In this document: piece by piece, positions 25,215 through 37,400 of the stretch
Layout of the letters: each line of letters begins with the position of its first letter
Position numbering within the stretch: position 1 is the first letter of the stretch
Assembly (NCBI RefSeq): GCF_001194135.2
Contig: NC_068986.1
Location: 78,165,394-78,229,393, forward strand
Source of the DNA: Octopus bimaculoides
Taxonomy: Eukaryota
Reading direction: 5' to 3'
DNA length: 64,000 nucleotides
Made by a program: the position numbers and the translations under genes
The notes under the pieces: model-generated
The model's database searches: none
The model's input: only the letters and a program-made list of their open reading frames with translations
What the model was told of the DNA's origin: nothing

Positions 25215-25595
25215 TGGTACTCCATTGCTTACGATGCCGAGGGTTCCAGTTGATCCGTTCAATGGAACAGCCTGCTCGTGAAATTGACGTGCAAGTGGCT
25301 GAGCACTCCACAGACATGTGTACCCTTAACGTAATTCTCGGGGAGATTCAGCGTGACACAGTGTGACAAGGCTGACCCTTTGAATTACAGGCACAACAGA
25401 AACAGGAAGTAAGAGTGAGAGAAAGTTGTGGTGAAAGAGTACAGCAGGGTTCGCCACCATCCCCTGCTGGAGCCTTGTGGAGCTTTTAGGTGTTTTCGCT
25501 CAATAAACACTCACAACGCCTGGTCTGGGAATCGAAACCGCAATCCTATGACCGCGAGTCCGCTGCCCTATCCACTGGGCCATTGCACCTCCATC
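25215..25595 (-). mobile_element. tRNA-headed SINE (family E)
   Basis: gggttccagttgatcc..gaacagcctgctcgtgaaatt..gctgagcactccacagac; head gggaatcgaaacc..cactgggccattgcacctcc. Second copy at 49250-49575. Confidence 0.8.
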
Positions 25596-25889
25596 TAGTA
25601 CATAGGTATATGTGTTAATATATACATATGTATATGGGCAGAGATATATGCACATCTATGTGTTGATATGCATATATATTGCTATATTTTATGTATGACA
25701 TTGTTTACACATGCATATTTTCTTATAGATCAATTTACTAAATAAAATGCATCATACTTGTACATTCAGCTGAATGTATAAGCAATACCATGTAGTTACA
25801 TGTATGTATTTGTCTATAAAATATGATATAAATACAAATAGCCAAACCAGAAATAAACTAGAGTAATTCATGGATATTTATAGCAGCAA

Positions 25890-26460
25890 AACTTTCAATA
25901 CTAACCCCCTGAAAAACGCCATTAGAAATTTCTGAAGAGCAATTTTATAGCACCAACATCAATTGAACCTCAGTCTCATATATGATAGGTGGCCTACAGA
26001 TTCATCTGTAAACATTGTTTTGTGAACCCTAAAACACAACAAAAAGCAATTTTCATATAACAAAATATTTTGTGGCCTGAATTAAATGCACTTGTTTACA
26101 TAGATACTTCCATGTATGACCGAACCCTGGATGATAATATAATTTCTACATCATGCCAAACAAAATCTCCCCACAATAGCTTTCTATCAACCTGCACCCT
26201 GCAAACACATACTCCCCTCCATCCTCCTCTATTTTCTTTCTTACATATCTGCTTCCCAGAACTATGAAGATCATACCTAATAATCATTTTACTTTACTCC
26301 ACCCTACACTTACTCCCTGAAAGAAAACTTGCCAAAGACTACATAAAGCCAAAAAGAACCTAAGTACAACACAGTCTGATGAAGGCAAGCAATCCAAACC
26401 TTCGAAGTTACTATGAGCTGTTTTCTTGTAAATGTTTAATAAACATGTACTCTACTAAAA
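25890..26460 (+). mobile_element. Possible Penelope-like element remnant (decayed GIY-YIG end plus terminal repeat)
   Basis: Broken translation VAYRF...KAIFI*QNILWPELN loosely resembles the VAxHF...ExxxI...PxGLN end of PLE GIY-YIG. Followed by a hammerhead-like core and aataaa. Confidence 0.4.
26370..26416 (+). ncRNA. Degenerate minimal hammerhead motif
   Basis: cacagt-CTGATGA-aggcaagcaatcc-AAAC-c-ttcgaa-GTT-actatg. Palindromic loop III, stem I with one mismatch, G12 missing. Confidence 0.4.
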
Positions 26461-26589
26461 AGTATTGAGTAATCTTTCTGTTACCGTTGCTTTGTTTTTA
26501 TATAAAACTTAACAAAAAGCAAACATTAATATATATATACTTGTGTGTAAAAATGTATATGTACATAATATATCAATAAGTGAATGTGT

Positions 26590-26668
26590 GAGTGTATGTA
26601 TATATAAATATATGTATGTATATGTATATGTATATGTGTATATATATGTATGTATGTATGTGTATACA

Positions 26669-26729
<61 letters not shown>

Positions 26730-26800
26730 ATATATATAAATATGAATGTATGTATATATATATACATATATATATATATCACAGACACATATATTCACAC
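26590..26800. repeat. Compound (AT)n/(GTAT)n microsatellite
   Basis: Direct reading. Confidence 0.9.
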
Positions 26801-28328
26801 ACTTACAGACACATATAAATTAGTAACTTGGAGATTTCACTTTATATCAAAATTTTTTAAATGTAGCATAAATCTGTTTTATATTTTAAATATAGTCATT
26901 AATATTGTTTAAACGATAAAAATTCGAAATTTGTTGTTTATAGTCATTTTTCAAAATTTATGTCTAAATTTATATTCTTCACGAGACCATATAAAAATAG
27001 ATTCAGAGAATTTCTTTAAAGTGATATGTTGTTTTATTTTGAAGTAAAATCATCAAAAGGACTTGAAGGTATTTAGTAAAAGTTATATGTACTTGTAACT
27101 GAAACTTTTTTTTTAGTATACCGATGCAAAGGAACCCTGCATAAAAACCAATTATAGCTCTATCTTACAGGAATTTCTCACTTAATACTGAAATAATATT
27201 AGTCATTGACTAAAATATTTTGTTTAATATTTAATATTGAGTAAACTTTTCAATGCTGATGAGATCTAACACACTGAAACATTTCCATAGTTGTCTCTCT
27301 TGCCTGAAATGAAGATCAGACTTTCTTTTACTTTCAGAGATTAATTCTTAAATTTTAAAAAATTATCTCCCCTTTTCTTGAGAGTCACTGACAGCTACTG
27401 TTAGGTTTGTGTTTCTTTCTGAGAGGGAAAGTTTAATTAAGAATTTTTGCATATCACATTTAGTACATTGTTTTTTAAGTTCATTTATCCAAATTCATGC
27501 TGTTGGTCCATTTGAATTATTTCTCTTAGTTCAGTTTATTTACTTAATTCTACATATATATTTGTAGTTAGCTTTTTTAACGTACCTGACATGATATATG
27601 TAAAAATTTACTTCAAAATAACCAAAAATAACTTTTCAATAATCATGTTAAAGACACTGATCCAAACTCATTGATCATTCTGACCTCTAAATATAATTTT
27701 ACCTTGATTTCTTTTGTTTAGACATTTTTTCTGGATCCTTTCTAATAATTAATCAAATGACATTAATTTGTAAACTAGAATCAAACTTTATTTTTCAGCT
27801 TTATAATTTTGCCATGTCTTCTCACAAACCAAAACATTTTAAATATTTTCATATGGTATAAAATTGAAACATACATGCTGCAATTTAGGCAAAAGTTTCA
27901 AGACTTCATTAGATGTAAATCTGGCACAAGATATGTTTCAAGTTAAGTAATATTGGTAATATTTTATTTGGGATGAAAGGAAACTGGCTCTTTTGCTGTA
28001 TCTTTTGAAGGTTTAATTTAATATTCCCCTCCTATCTCATTAGAATTAGATCCTCTTATTATGCTGAGAGGCTTTGCTAACAGCTCAGTCTTAAATGTAG
28101 AAAAAGAACTGCAATGCTATCTTCTGTTTAACTCATTATATTATTTGGCAAAACTAACTTGATGTACCAAACGAACTTCTATGAATCAATAAAAGCAGTT
28201 TTAGATTTTGCTGCAATAAACTACCTTTCATTGAAATTTATTCTTATTATTTTAGGATTTTGCATTTTCACATTTTTTTTACATGGCTTCGTTAATGTTC
28301 ATTCTATTTTTTATTTTGCTTGGTTCAG

Positions 28329-28372
28329 AGGAAGAAGCTGTGCCAATGGCCTTTGTAGGTCCTCTAACAAAT
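28329..28372 (+). CDS. Candidate internal exon (EEAVPMAFVGPLTN; alternative frame GRSCANGLCRSSNK)
   Basis: Long pyrimidine tract ending ttcag, consensus donor gtaagt, 44 nt, GC contrast with flanks. Confidence 0.45.
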
Positions 28373-28624
28373 GTAAGTTTTAGATATTGGTATCTAAAGA
28401 AGAGTAAAGGGTGTGGATATACCACAATTACATGATAATCCCCTGCCAGGAGCCTGGTCTGAATTCTTACAAAAGAGCAAACTCTTCTAAAGACACCCAT
28501 GGACCAGGAGTAGGCATAAAAGTGGGTGGCATGATGTACCTATCATCCAGTGTTTGGTTTTCTCATAAGCATTTGGAAGATGTACAAGCTGTGACTTTAA
28601 CAAATACATTTTTCTAAACAGTCT

Positions 28625-28965
28625 CATTATGGCTCAGTGGTTAGAGTGTCAGGTGCACAATCATGAAGTAGTGAGTTCGATTCCTGAACAGGGCTGTGTG
28701 TTGTGTCCTTGAGCAAGACACTTTAATTCATGTTGCTCAAGTTCACTCACGTGTAGTAATGAGTTGTGACGTCACTGGTACCAAGCTGTATTGGCCTTAA
28801 CTTTTCCATTGGATAACATTGGTAGCATGGACAATGGAGACTAGTGTGCATGGGCGACTGCTGGTCATCTATAAACAGCCTTGCCTAAACTCGTGCCTTG
28901 GAGGGTAACTTTCTAAGTGCAATTCCATGGTTATTCACAACTGATGGGGGTCTTTACCCTTTTAT
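28625..28965 (+). mobile_element. tRNA-headed SINE (family D-like)
   Basis: tggctcagtggttagagtgtc..gagttcgattcctgaac A/B boxes, then gtgtccttgagcaagacactt. Confidence 0.8.
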
Positions 28966-29359
28966 CCCGATTTCTAATATCTTGATTCATTATGTTAATA
29001 CTAAGATAACAAAACAAAAACAAACAAAAAAAAGACTTGTTTGGAAATATTGTAACACTACTACCTCTTTAATTTAAATGCCTTGACAGAGTGTGAACTG
29101 ATCTAATTGCTTCTGTCTATCATGGTTGCTTTTGCTTATCTTTGTTTCTTATTATATATGCAATTATTTATGCTAGATGTGCTAGATGTGCTGCACATGA
29201 CCATTGAGGGACTTAAACTATTCAGTTTTCTTTGCATTTGTCAAAGCTGATAGATTCAATTATTTCAACCAAAATTGGAAGCCAAATCTGTGTGTATTTA
29301 AATGTTATGACCCAACCAATAAAATAGCTCTGAAAGGTGTGCATTACAAATTCTTAAAC

Positions 29360-30260
29360 TATATAGCAGAAATGGCTAAGATACTTTATTGCATGATATA
29401 GACAATAGAATGCTTGTACAGAAGAGCAAGAACAATGTGTTACATGGTATGGCAGTGACAAGAGAAGTGTTATACGGTGTAGCAGTGACAATAGAAGTAT
29501 TACAAAGTATGCCAGAGATAATAGAAGTGATAGAGTGTATGGTATTGACAATAGAAGTGTTACACTGTATGGCAGTGACAATATATATGTTACATAGTAT
29601 GGCATTAACAATAAGTATTACACAGTACAGCAGTGACAATAGGAGTGTTATACTGTTTGGCAGTGACAACAGAAGTGATATATTTGGTGGCAGAGAGATA
29701 AAAGTGAAATACGAGTGGCAGAGATGATAAAAGTTTTATTCTGTGCAGCAGAGACAATAGGTGTTACACTGCATGGTCAAGATAATCAAAGTAATATTCT
29801 GTATGACAGGGAGAGTAGGAATGTTACACAATATGGCAGTGATAAGAGAAGCATTACTCTGTGTAGTAGACAAAAGAAGTGTTATACTGTATGGCAGAGA
29901 GAATAGAAGTGTTATATTGTGTAGAAGAAAAAGTGGAATTGTTACACTGCAGAGTAGATATAAAAGTTATGCTGTGTAGCTGAAGTAATAGAAATACATT
30001 ATTGTATAGTGTATGGGAAAAACAATAGATATATTACTTATGGTTTTGAAAGCAGAAATGTCATATGATAAATAAAGTAGAAAGTTATCACATATATAGC
30101 AAGTGCTATATGATAGCATCATGGTAGCATCATGGTAGCATCATGCTGTATGGTAGAAGTAGTACTGAAGTACTGTATTGTGAGAGAGGCAGTAGAAATA
30201 TACTGTATGACAAAGAAACCAGAAATGCCATACTGTATTAGAGAAACAGGAGAAGCTGTG
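29360..30260. repeat. Degenerate 30-bp minisatellite, roughly 30 units
   Basis: Consensus about gtgttacactgtatggcagtgacaatagaa, seen in successive units from 29437. Confidence 0.85.
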
Positions 30261-31004
30261 ATGCATTTGTAAAAATGTAAGATGAATATGAAATTTTGGA
30301 AGCTCAAAATAACTCACACTTCCTGTCATTCTCTCTCTCATTTGATATATAAAGATACATAAAAATGCATAGATATATGCATGTGCTTTTCTATATCCTG
30401 ATACCATAAGTAAAATTCAAACACTTGTACTCTTCTATTGAAACAGTCACATCAGATTGAATAAAAAAAAATGTAAAATTGCTCAGTACACTCCATACAG
30501 TGGTTAGGGTGTTACCCTCCTAACCACAAAATTGTGATTTCAGCTCCAGGTTTCAATTTATTTGATGTATTGTGTTCTTGAGCAAAACACTTCATTTCAC
30601 ATTACTCCAAGTCCAGTTAGCCGTGAATGAATATCCCTGCAATAGACTCATGTCCTTTTTCAAGAGCAGTGTTGTGATTTTGACCATTTATACACCATGG
30701 AAACTGAGTAATCAGCTCTATGAGTCCAAGTACTTGAAACAATAATATGACAAAAGTTTGCTCAATATAACAGTCAAATTTCCTCAGTAAACTCCTTATC
30801 TTAAAAATATTGGCTCCATATTTGTGCCATAAATGTTTGGACAATTTTCTTGCCTACAAATAAAAATACAGGTAGGAATCTCTGGAATGTCAATCCAAAT
30901 TAATATTTCTAATAGTGATGCGAATGCTAACATATATAATGTGGTAAGCATGCTAGCTTTAAAGAATCGAATTCATAACCATATCAAAATGAAGTGAATA
31001 TTAA

Positions 31005-31190
31005 GGCCAGCAATTTGAGAGAAGTACAGTTACATCAGTTACATCGACTCAGTTGGTATTTATCTTTATTGACCCCGAAAGGATGAAAGGTAAAGTCAGC
31101 CTCAGTGGAATTTGAACTCAGAATGTAAAGACATGAAATGCCACTAAGCATTTTGCCCAGCATGATAACGACTGTGTCAGTTTGCCACCT
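31005..31190 (-). mobile_element. SINE family B copy
   Basis: gaccccgaaaggatgaaaggtaaagtc core. Confidence 0.8.
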
Positions 31191-31454
31191 ACGAAGTGAA
31201 TATTATTGGATAATGTTCAAGTGAACTAACCAAAGACAACAGAAACAATCTAAATAAAAACAACTGGGAATGGATTGATGCACCAGATTGCAAATTAAAA
31301 CTGGACATCTAAAGTGAAGGGGAAGAAATGGAAGAATCTGCTGTTCTACAGCAGACATAATGACGACTTTGGACATGTTTCAATCTTACTAAGCCTCCTC
31401 AGTGAAGCTTAATGCTTCAGGTTTGTCAGACATACAAAGAAAAAGCAATATATT

Positions 31455-31812
31455 TACTTTTTACTTTTAACTCATTTTAGTCACTGGACTGTGGCCATGT
31501 TGGGGCACCATCTTGGAGGAGATAGTTGGCCAAACTGACACTAGTTATAGGGACGTAAACAAGTTATAGGGATGTAATCAAAACAACACCAGCTGTCAAG
31601 TGGAGGGGGACAAACACAAACCTATGCACACACACACACACACACATGTATATATGACAAGTTTCCATACAGTTTCCATTTCCCAAATTCCCTTGCAAGG
31701 TATTGGTTGACCCTGGACCATAACATGACACTTTCCCTAAGTATCAAGCAGTGGTATAGAACCTGAAACTGTGTGATTGCAAAGTGAACATCTTAATCAC
31801 ACAGCCATGCCT
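31455..31812 (-). mobile_element. SINE family C copy (old)
   Basis: Colinear with 3735-4080. Confidence 0.7.
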
Positions 31813-31964
31813 GTTTCTATATGTAATATGTACCAATGCTCTTGTGACTTGTAAAAATCAAGAGAAATAACCTAGGGATATCATCTGCATAGTAAGTAAA
31901 TAGTAAAGTAAGGGCTAAAACCCTAAATGTGGTGAACATATTATCATTAATTAATTTATTTCTT

Positions 31965-32180
31965 TATTGCCCACAGGAGGCTAAACATAGAGGAAACAAA
32001 CAAGGACAGACAAAGTGATTAAGTCAATTAAATCAACCCCAGTGTCTAACTGATACCTATTTAATTGACCCTGGAAAGATGAAAGGCAAAGTTGACCTTG
32101 GTGGAATTTGAACTCAGAATGTAAATGGCAGCCAAAATACCGCTAAGCATTCCAGCCGGCGTGCTAATGATTCTGCCAGC
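31965..32180 (-). mobile_element. SINE family B copy
   Basis: gaaagatgaaaggcaaagttgacc core. Confidence 0.8.
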
Positions 32181-32914
32181 TCAAATTGTCTTCATATCAA
32201 ATGGAGGTAAATATTGCTGAGCAATGCTTTACTCTATCATATACATGCTTGTTACAAATAAGTTTGATTTGGTACTCTGCATTTATCCATTTCAAACTGA
32301 ACCTGACGAAAGTTATAAAACAGTAACAACAGCAGCAGTAACCAATAAATAACTGATATAAACACAACCATTCATAAGTTTGGGTGCGCAAGTATTTCAA
32401 AATACCTCACAGAATGATAACTGTGCCCGGGATAGTTACAGGCTGCCCTTTGGCATTCATCCTACCAGAGATATGATGAAGTCATGGCAGATTGTGAAGA
32501 GGTAGTAGAAGAGCTCAGTTGAGCCAAAAGTGCTTTGTACATTGATGCTGAGTGGAGAAATCTTAGAAGATTAATGGTCAGGATCACCAAACTTTATCAA
32601 GACAGTAACTGCAATTCATCCATAGGGGTTGTGTCCATGGTTGTATAATCAGCTAAAGAAAAATTCACTATGACTGAAGCTCCCAATTCAAATTCATAAT
32701 AATGGAAGTAGATAGTGACAGTAAGTCATGGGAATCCATGAAAGCAGCGAAAAAGTAGTCAATAGGTATTTATACTGTATTTATGATACAAATTAACCAG
32801 CTATAGATATTTCTTCATTGATACTATTTTATCAGTTTATACTATTTTGATGGAGAATTTTCTGATAACTCTTTTTAGAAAAATAGCAATAATTTAAAAG
32901 AAAAAAAATGATCA

Positions 32915-33305
32915 GACATGGTTGTGTGGTTAAGAAGCTTGCTTCACAACCATATGGTTCTGGGTTCAGTCTCATTGTGTAGCACATTTGGCAAATGTTT
33001 TTTTGTTATAACGCCAGGGTGATCAGTGACTTGTGAATGAATTTGGTAGATGGAAACTATATGGATGCCCATTGTATATGTATGTGTGTGTTTGTGCAAG
33101 TGTGTTATGTGTGTATCTTTGTGCTTTTCTCTCGCCCACCACTTGCTGGTTTGTTTACCTCTCTATAGCATAACAGTTCACCAAAGAGACTGATAAAAAA
33201 TATACCAGACTTAAAAGTAAGTCCTGGGGTTGATTTCTTTGACTAAAACATTTCAAGGCAGTGCCCCAGCATGGTTGCAGTCTGAAACAAGTAAGAGATA
33301 AAAGA
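32915..33305 (+). mobile_element. SINE family C copy
   Basis: catggttgtgtggttaagaagcttgcttc..gggttcagtctc head; tail gtctgaaacaagtaagag. Confidence 0.8.
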
Positions 33306-33900
33306 TAGATGGCTGAGGTGGAAAGTTTGTTTTGATAAAAGTAACTGGTACTCAATGACTTGATCATTGAGAGGCAAAAGACAAAGTTGATCTAGATAAT
33401 ATCTAAATATAAAACTGCAAAATATGAACTAATGAACATATCTGAACTAAACAGACAATTATGTTTGGCACATATAATAATAGGTAAGTTATGCATCACT
33501 AATCTAAAGATATATATAAAGTGAACTTATATTTCTCTATATGTCAGATGTAATATCATGAATGCGAATGTCATTCAGATACCAAAATCAATGTGTACAG
33601 TTCACCATTATCTTATACAGTTTTGATTTTCAGAACACTACACTACCTTATATGTCTTTGACTGGACAGAATATCATTATTTGAGAAAATAGGCAAAAAA
33701 AAAACAACAAAAAAACCCCAAAACAAAAAAAACTCTTTTACTTGTTTCAGTCACTGAAATGAAGCCATGTGTGTTTGTGTGTTTTTCTCCTAACTCATTG
33801 CTTGAACACTGATGTTGGTTTATTTATGGTCTCTTTCACTAAAACATTCAAGGCTGTACTCCAACATGCCCAGAGTCCAGTGACTGAAGCAAATAAAAGA

Positions 33901-34352
33901 TTAATTTTTTAGCGTTCAAGTTACCCTATCAAATGTAATGCTTATATATTCACATTATTTTAAATTGCTTAAAGGTGGTGAGCTAGCAGAATTGTTAGCA
34001 TGCTGGCCAAAATACATAGCAATATTTTGCCTGTTGCTATGTTCTGGGTTCAAATTCCACCAAGATCGACTTTGCCTCTCATCCTTTTGAGGTTGATAAA
34101 TTAAGTTCCAGTGAGATACTGGGGTCGATATAATCAACTTGTCCCCTTCTCCAAATTTTAGGCCTTGTGCCTATAGTAGAAAGAATTATTTTGAATTACT
34201 TATGCATTGTCTTGTAGCTTTGAGATCTCAATGATGTGACTAGAGGAATAACATTGTAAAGTAGGTTTAAGAGGCCAAATATGGTTTGTTTGAACATAAA
34301 AGAGGAAGAATATTTGGGCCAGACATGGCTGGTTTAAATGTTAATGAGTTAA
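33901..34352. mobile_element. TTAA-flanked piggyBac-like MITE interrupted by a family B SINE (33973-34185)
   Basis: Both halves align to the uninterrupted copies at 44122 and 57281. The SINE is flanked by attattttaaatt / attattttgaatt. Confidence 0.75.
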
Positions 34353-34967
34353 AGATAAAGTATGTCCTAATACACTTTTTTGCCTTTTTGCAAGACATCA
34401 AGGTGTGATTTAAAGAATATTTGGCTAGTGTTTCTAGCAGGTCGAGTGACCACACAAAGGCATCCTTGTTGGTTTGTTATTTGTCTGTTTTTGGATATCG
34501 AAAGAACCTTAAGATTTTCCAAATCTACATCTGTCTTTCTTATGTATATTTATTTGACAATTCTATTCACTATAGTTATTGCATTAAGAACTGAGGTAAA
34601 AATTATAAAAAAAAAGTAAGTTTAAAAAACATTTCCATCATAAAAATCAATCACACAGTATTTATTTATCCATTTAATTATGTATTGTCTAGAATATTTT
34701 GATCATTTTGTGGCAATATGTTTAGTTTCACAAGACAAGCATAAATCGAAAGCAGACACCTTTAAGAAAGATTTGCTAATTATAACTCATAGTCCTGACT
34801 GAAGGGATTCTTTTGTCTTTCAATCTATTTTCTTTTTATAAAAAATGGTTTTCTAAAATACAAAAATAATGTACATAAATTACAATATCAGATAAATACT
34901 AGTTCTTTTTCTGATAATTTACAAGATCAAATTTTGTGAGGTAGAGTGTGTATCTGTTTCAGTCATC

Positions 34968-35192
34968 CACATAAAAGACACCATTTCGAGCGTGGCCGTT
35001 TTCGTGCGGGTGACACGTAAAAGCACCCACTACACTCTCTGAGTGGTTGGCGTTAGGAAGGGCATCCAGCTGTAGAAACTCTGCCAAATTAGATTGGAGC
35101 CTGGTGTTGCCATCCGGTTTCACCAGTCCTCAGTCAAATCGTCCAACCCATGCTAGCATGGAAGGCGGACGTTAAACGATGATGATGATGAT
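34968..35192 (+). mobile_element. Young RTE 3' tail (family A)
   Basis: Near-identical to 12090-12181 and 9513-9660. Confidence 0.9.
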
Positions 35193-35199
35193 CATGACA

Positions 35200-35420
35200 T
35201 CCATCATCATCGTCAACATCCCCTTCATCTCTTAACGTCCACTTTTCCATGTGTGCATGGGTCAAACAGAATTTGTTGAGCTACATCTTATTTACTGCCA
35301 GATGCCTTTCCTGCTGCTAGCCCTTGCCTGTTTCCAAGCAAGGTAATATTTCCCCACCCCATGGCAGAGACTTTTATCATGGATGACTGGAAATAAACAA
35401 CAAAGTCTGCACAACAATGA
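35200..35420 (-). mobile_element. SINE-like family I copy
   Basis: Colinear with 24485-24700. Confidence 0.65.
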
Positions 35421-36002
35421 TGCTCATTTGCAATCCTCACATGATGTCATGACAAGGGTAGTTATCAAAATACAATTGCTTAATTTTAAAGACTTATAGA
35501 AGGATGAAAGGAAAAGTTGGCCATGCTGAAATGTTAGTGTAGAATGTAAAAAGATGCAATCGGTGCTGGAAGTATTTGATGAGGGAGCCTCTATGTGGTT
35601 GTTCAGTCTGCTAAAAATAGAAGTCAAATTCCCTCAAACTACACCCTGATCTTCTTTAAAAATAAAGTTCAGATTAGATGATGTAATACTAAATACATGA
35701 TTCATTCATTCATCATCATTATTATTTTATGTCTGCTTTTCTATGCTGGTATGGATGCAGCAGGCTTTTGAAGCAACAATTTAATTGGATGCCCTTCTTG
35801 TGAACCTTATTAATTACTTCTTTTGGCATGCAGGAATGTGGTGTACATATTCTAAAACTAGAATATGCACAGTATGCAGTCCTAAGTAAATTATGACTGA
35901 AAAAATTCAGAGAGGATAATCAATGCTGGAATGCCCTTGATCATGTTTGATTAGTTAGTGCTAAGCCTGTGACTAAACAACAAGAATGATAACTATGTCA
36001 GT

Positions 36003-36075
36003 TAGATGTATGTATGTATGTATGTATGTATGTATGTATGTATGTATGTATGTATGTATGTATGTATGTATGTCA
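36003..36075. repeat. (GTAT)n microsatellite
   Basis: Direct reading. Confidence 0.95.
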
Positions 36076-36124
36076 ACACTTGATGGTGCTGTCTGCTAAC
36101 TCTGTAAGTCTTGTCTTGTTGCAG

Positions 36125-36745
36125 CTCATCATCATCATCATCATTTAACGTCTGTTTTCCATGCTAGCATGGGTTGGACGGTTTGACTAGGGACTAGCAA
36201 GCCAGGAGGCTGCACTAAGCTCCAATCTGATTTGGCAGAGTTTCTACAGCTGGATGTCCTTCCTAATGCCAACCACTCCAAGAGTATAGTGGATGCTTTT
36301 TACGTGCCACTAGCACAGGAACCAGTCTGGTAGCACTGGCATTGGCCATGTTAAGATGGTGCTTTTTTTGTGCCACCAGCTCAAAAAAAATATCATGCCA
36401 GTCAGGGGGGCTGGCATCAACCACATTCGGATGATGTGTTTTACATGCCACTGGCACTGGGAGCCAGTTAGGTGGCTCTGATAGCAACCCACACATGAAT
36501 GGTGCTTATTGCATGCTACGAGCACTGGTGTCAGTCACAACTACAATTTTCCATTTGATTGTGATTTGATTTTGATTTACTTGACTCAATAGGTCTCCTC
36601 AAGCACGGCATGTCGTCCAACAATTCAAAGGTACTTCCTAAATGGGCTGGTTATGTGACACTGGTGTAGGCTACAGCTGTAATCTTACTTTCCTTGCTGG
36701 GTCTTCTCAATCACAGCATATCTCCAGAGGTTTCGGTCTTTCATC
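36125..36745 (-). mobile_element. RTE 3' end and 3'UTR (family A)
   Basis: Reverse complement of the 651-1265 type, including gggtcttctcaatcacagcatatctccagagg. Confidence 0.85.
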
Positions 36746-36749
36746 AATT

Positions 36750-37400
36750 TGCTTTTCTTCATCAGTAAACTTCAATTTCTTCTCTTTTCTTTTTAAGACC
36801 TTGATCTAGTTCCAGTCTTAAGTGGGAGAGATCATTAGCACTGTCTTCCCACTTTTTTAATGTTCATGTGGAGAAACTTCATGTCACTCTTGCAAACATC
36901 TTTGAAAAGAAGATGAAGGTTCTTCTTGTGACTTTTTACTGGATGCCTGCTCTCATATAATGGGTACATATAGCTGGGTACATGACCCAACCAATGGAGG
37001 CATCATTGTTGCAGTTGGATAAGGAAGCTGAGATAAATAATGAATGATTTTCCTGTATATTGTTACTTTAAATGATACAGTGTTTATAATATTTCTCACT
37101 AATTTTGTTGTGCCCAGTACAGAAATGTAGTCCCTGTAATATTCCATATATTTAAAGTTTTCTGCCATTTTAAATATAACCACAAGATTTTAAGATCTCT
37201 ATGAAATCTCATTCTAAATGTCAGTCGGTCAGTTTTCATCAGACTATCTACATTTCTCAAATTTTCAAAAATGATTTATCATTCTGATAGCTCATCACTT
37301 CATATATTTCCAGTCTATCTACACTGAAGCCATTTATCATCTTGACAGCTTCTCTTTATATACATTCCATTCTATTCAGGTTTTATTTTGTCTATGTCAT
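36750..37400 (-). pseudogene. Degenerate RTE (BovB-like) LINE ORF C-terminus
   Basis: Reverse-strand fragments LHWLGHV...FKDVCKSDMK match the LRWLGHV...FKDxxKRDxK end of RTE-BovB-type ORFs. Confidence 0.55.

Noticed and set aside
26311-26325. Minus-strand ttttctttcag-GGA-gtaagt, a formal 3-nt microexon
   Set aside because: Sits inside the putative Penelope remnant and no minus-strand gene is supported.
27256-27290. CTGATGA...GAAA spacing like a hammerhead; similar partial hits near 57709 and 62350
   Set aside because: No stem II or stem III pairing.
29360-30260. Regularly spaced repeats as a CRISPR-like array
   Set aside because: Head-to-tail degenerate units with no unique spacers, no cas genes, and a eukaryotic context.
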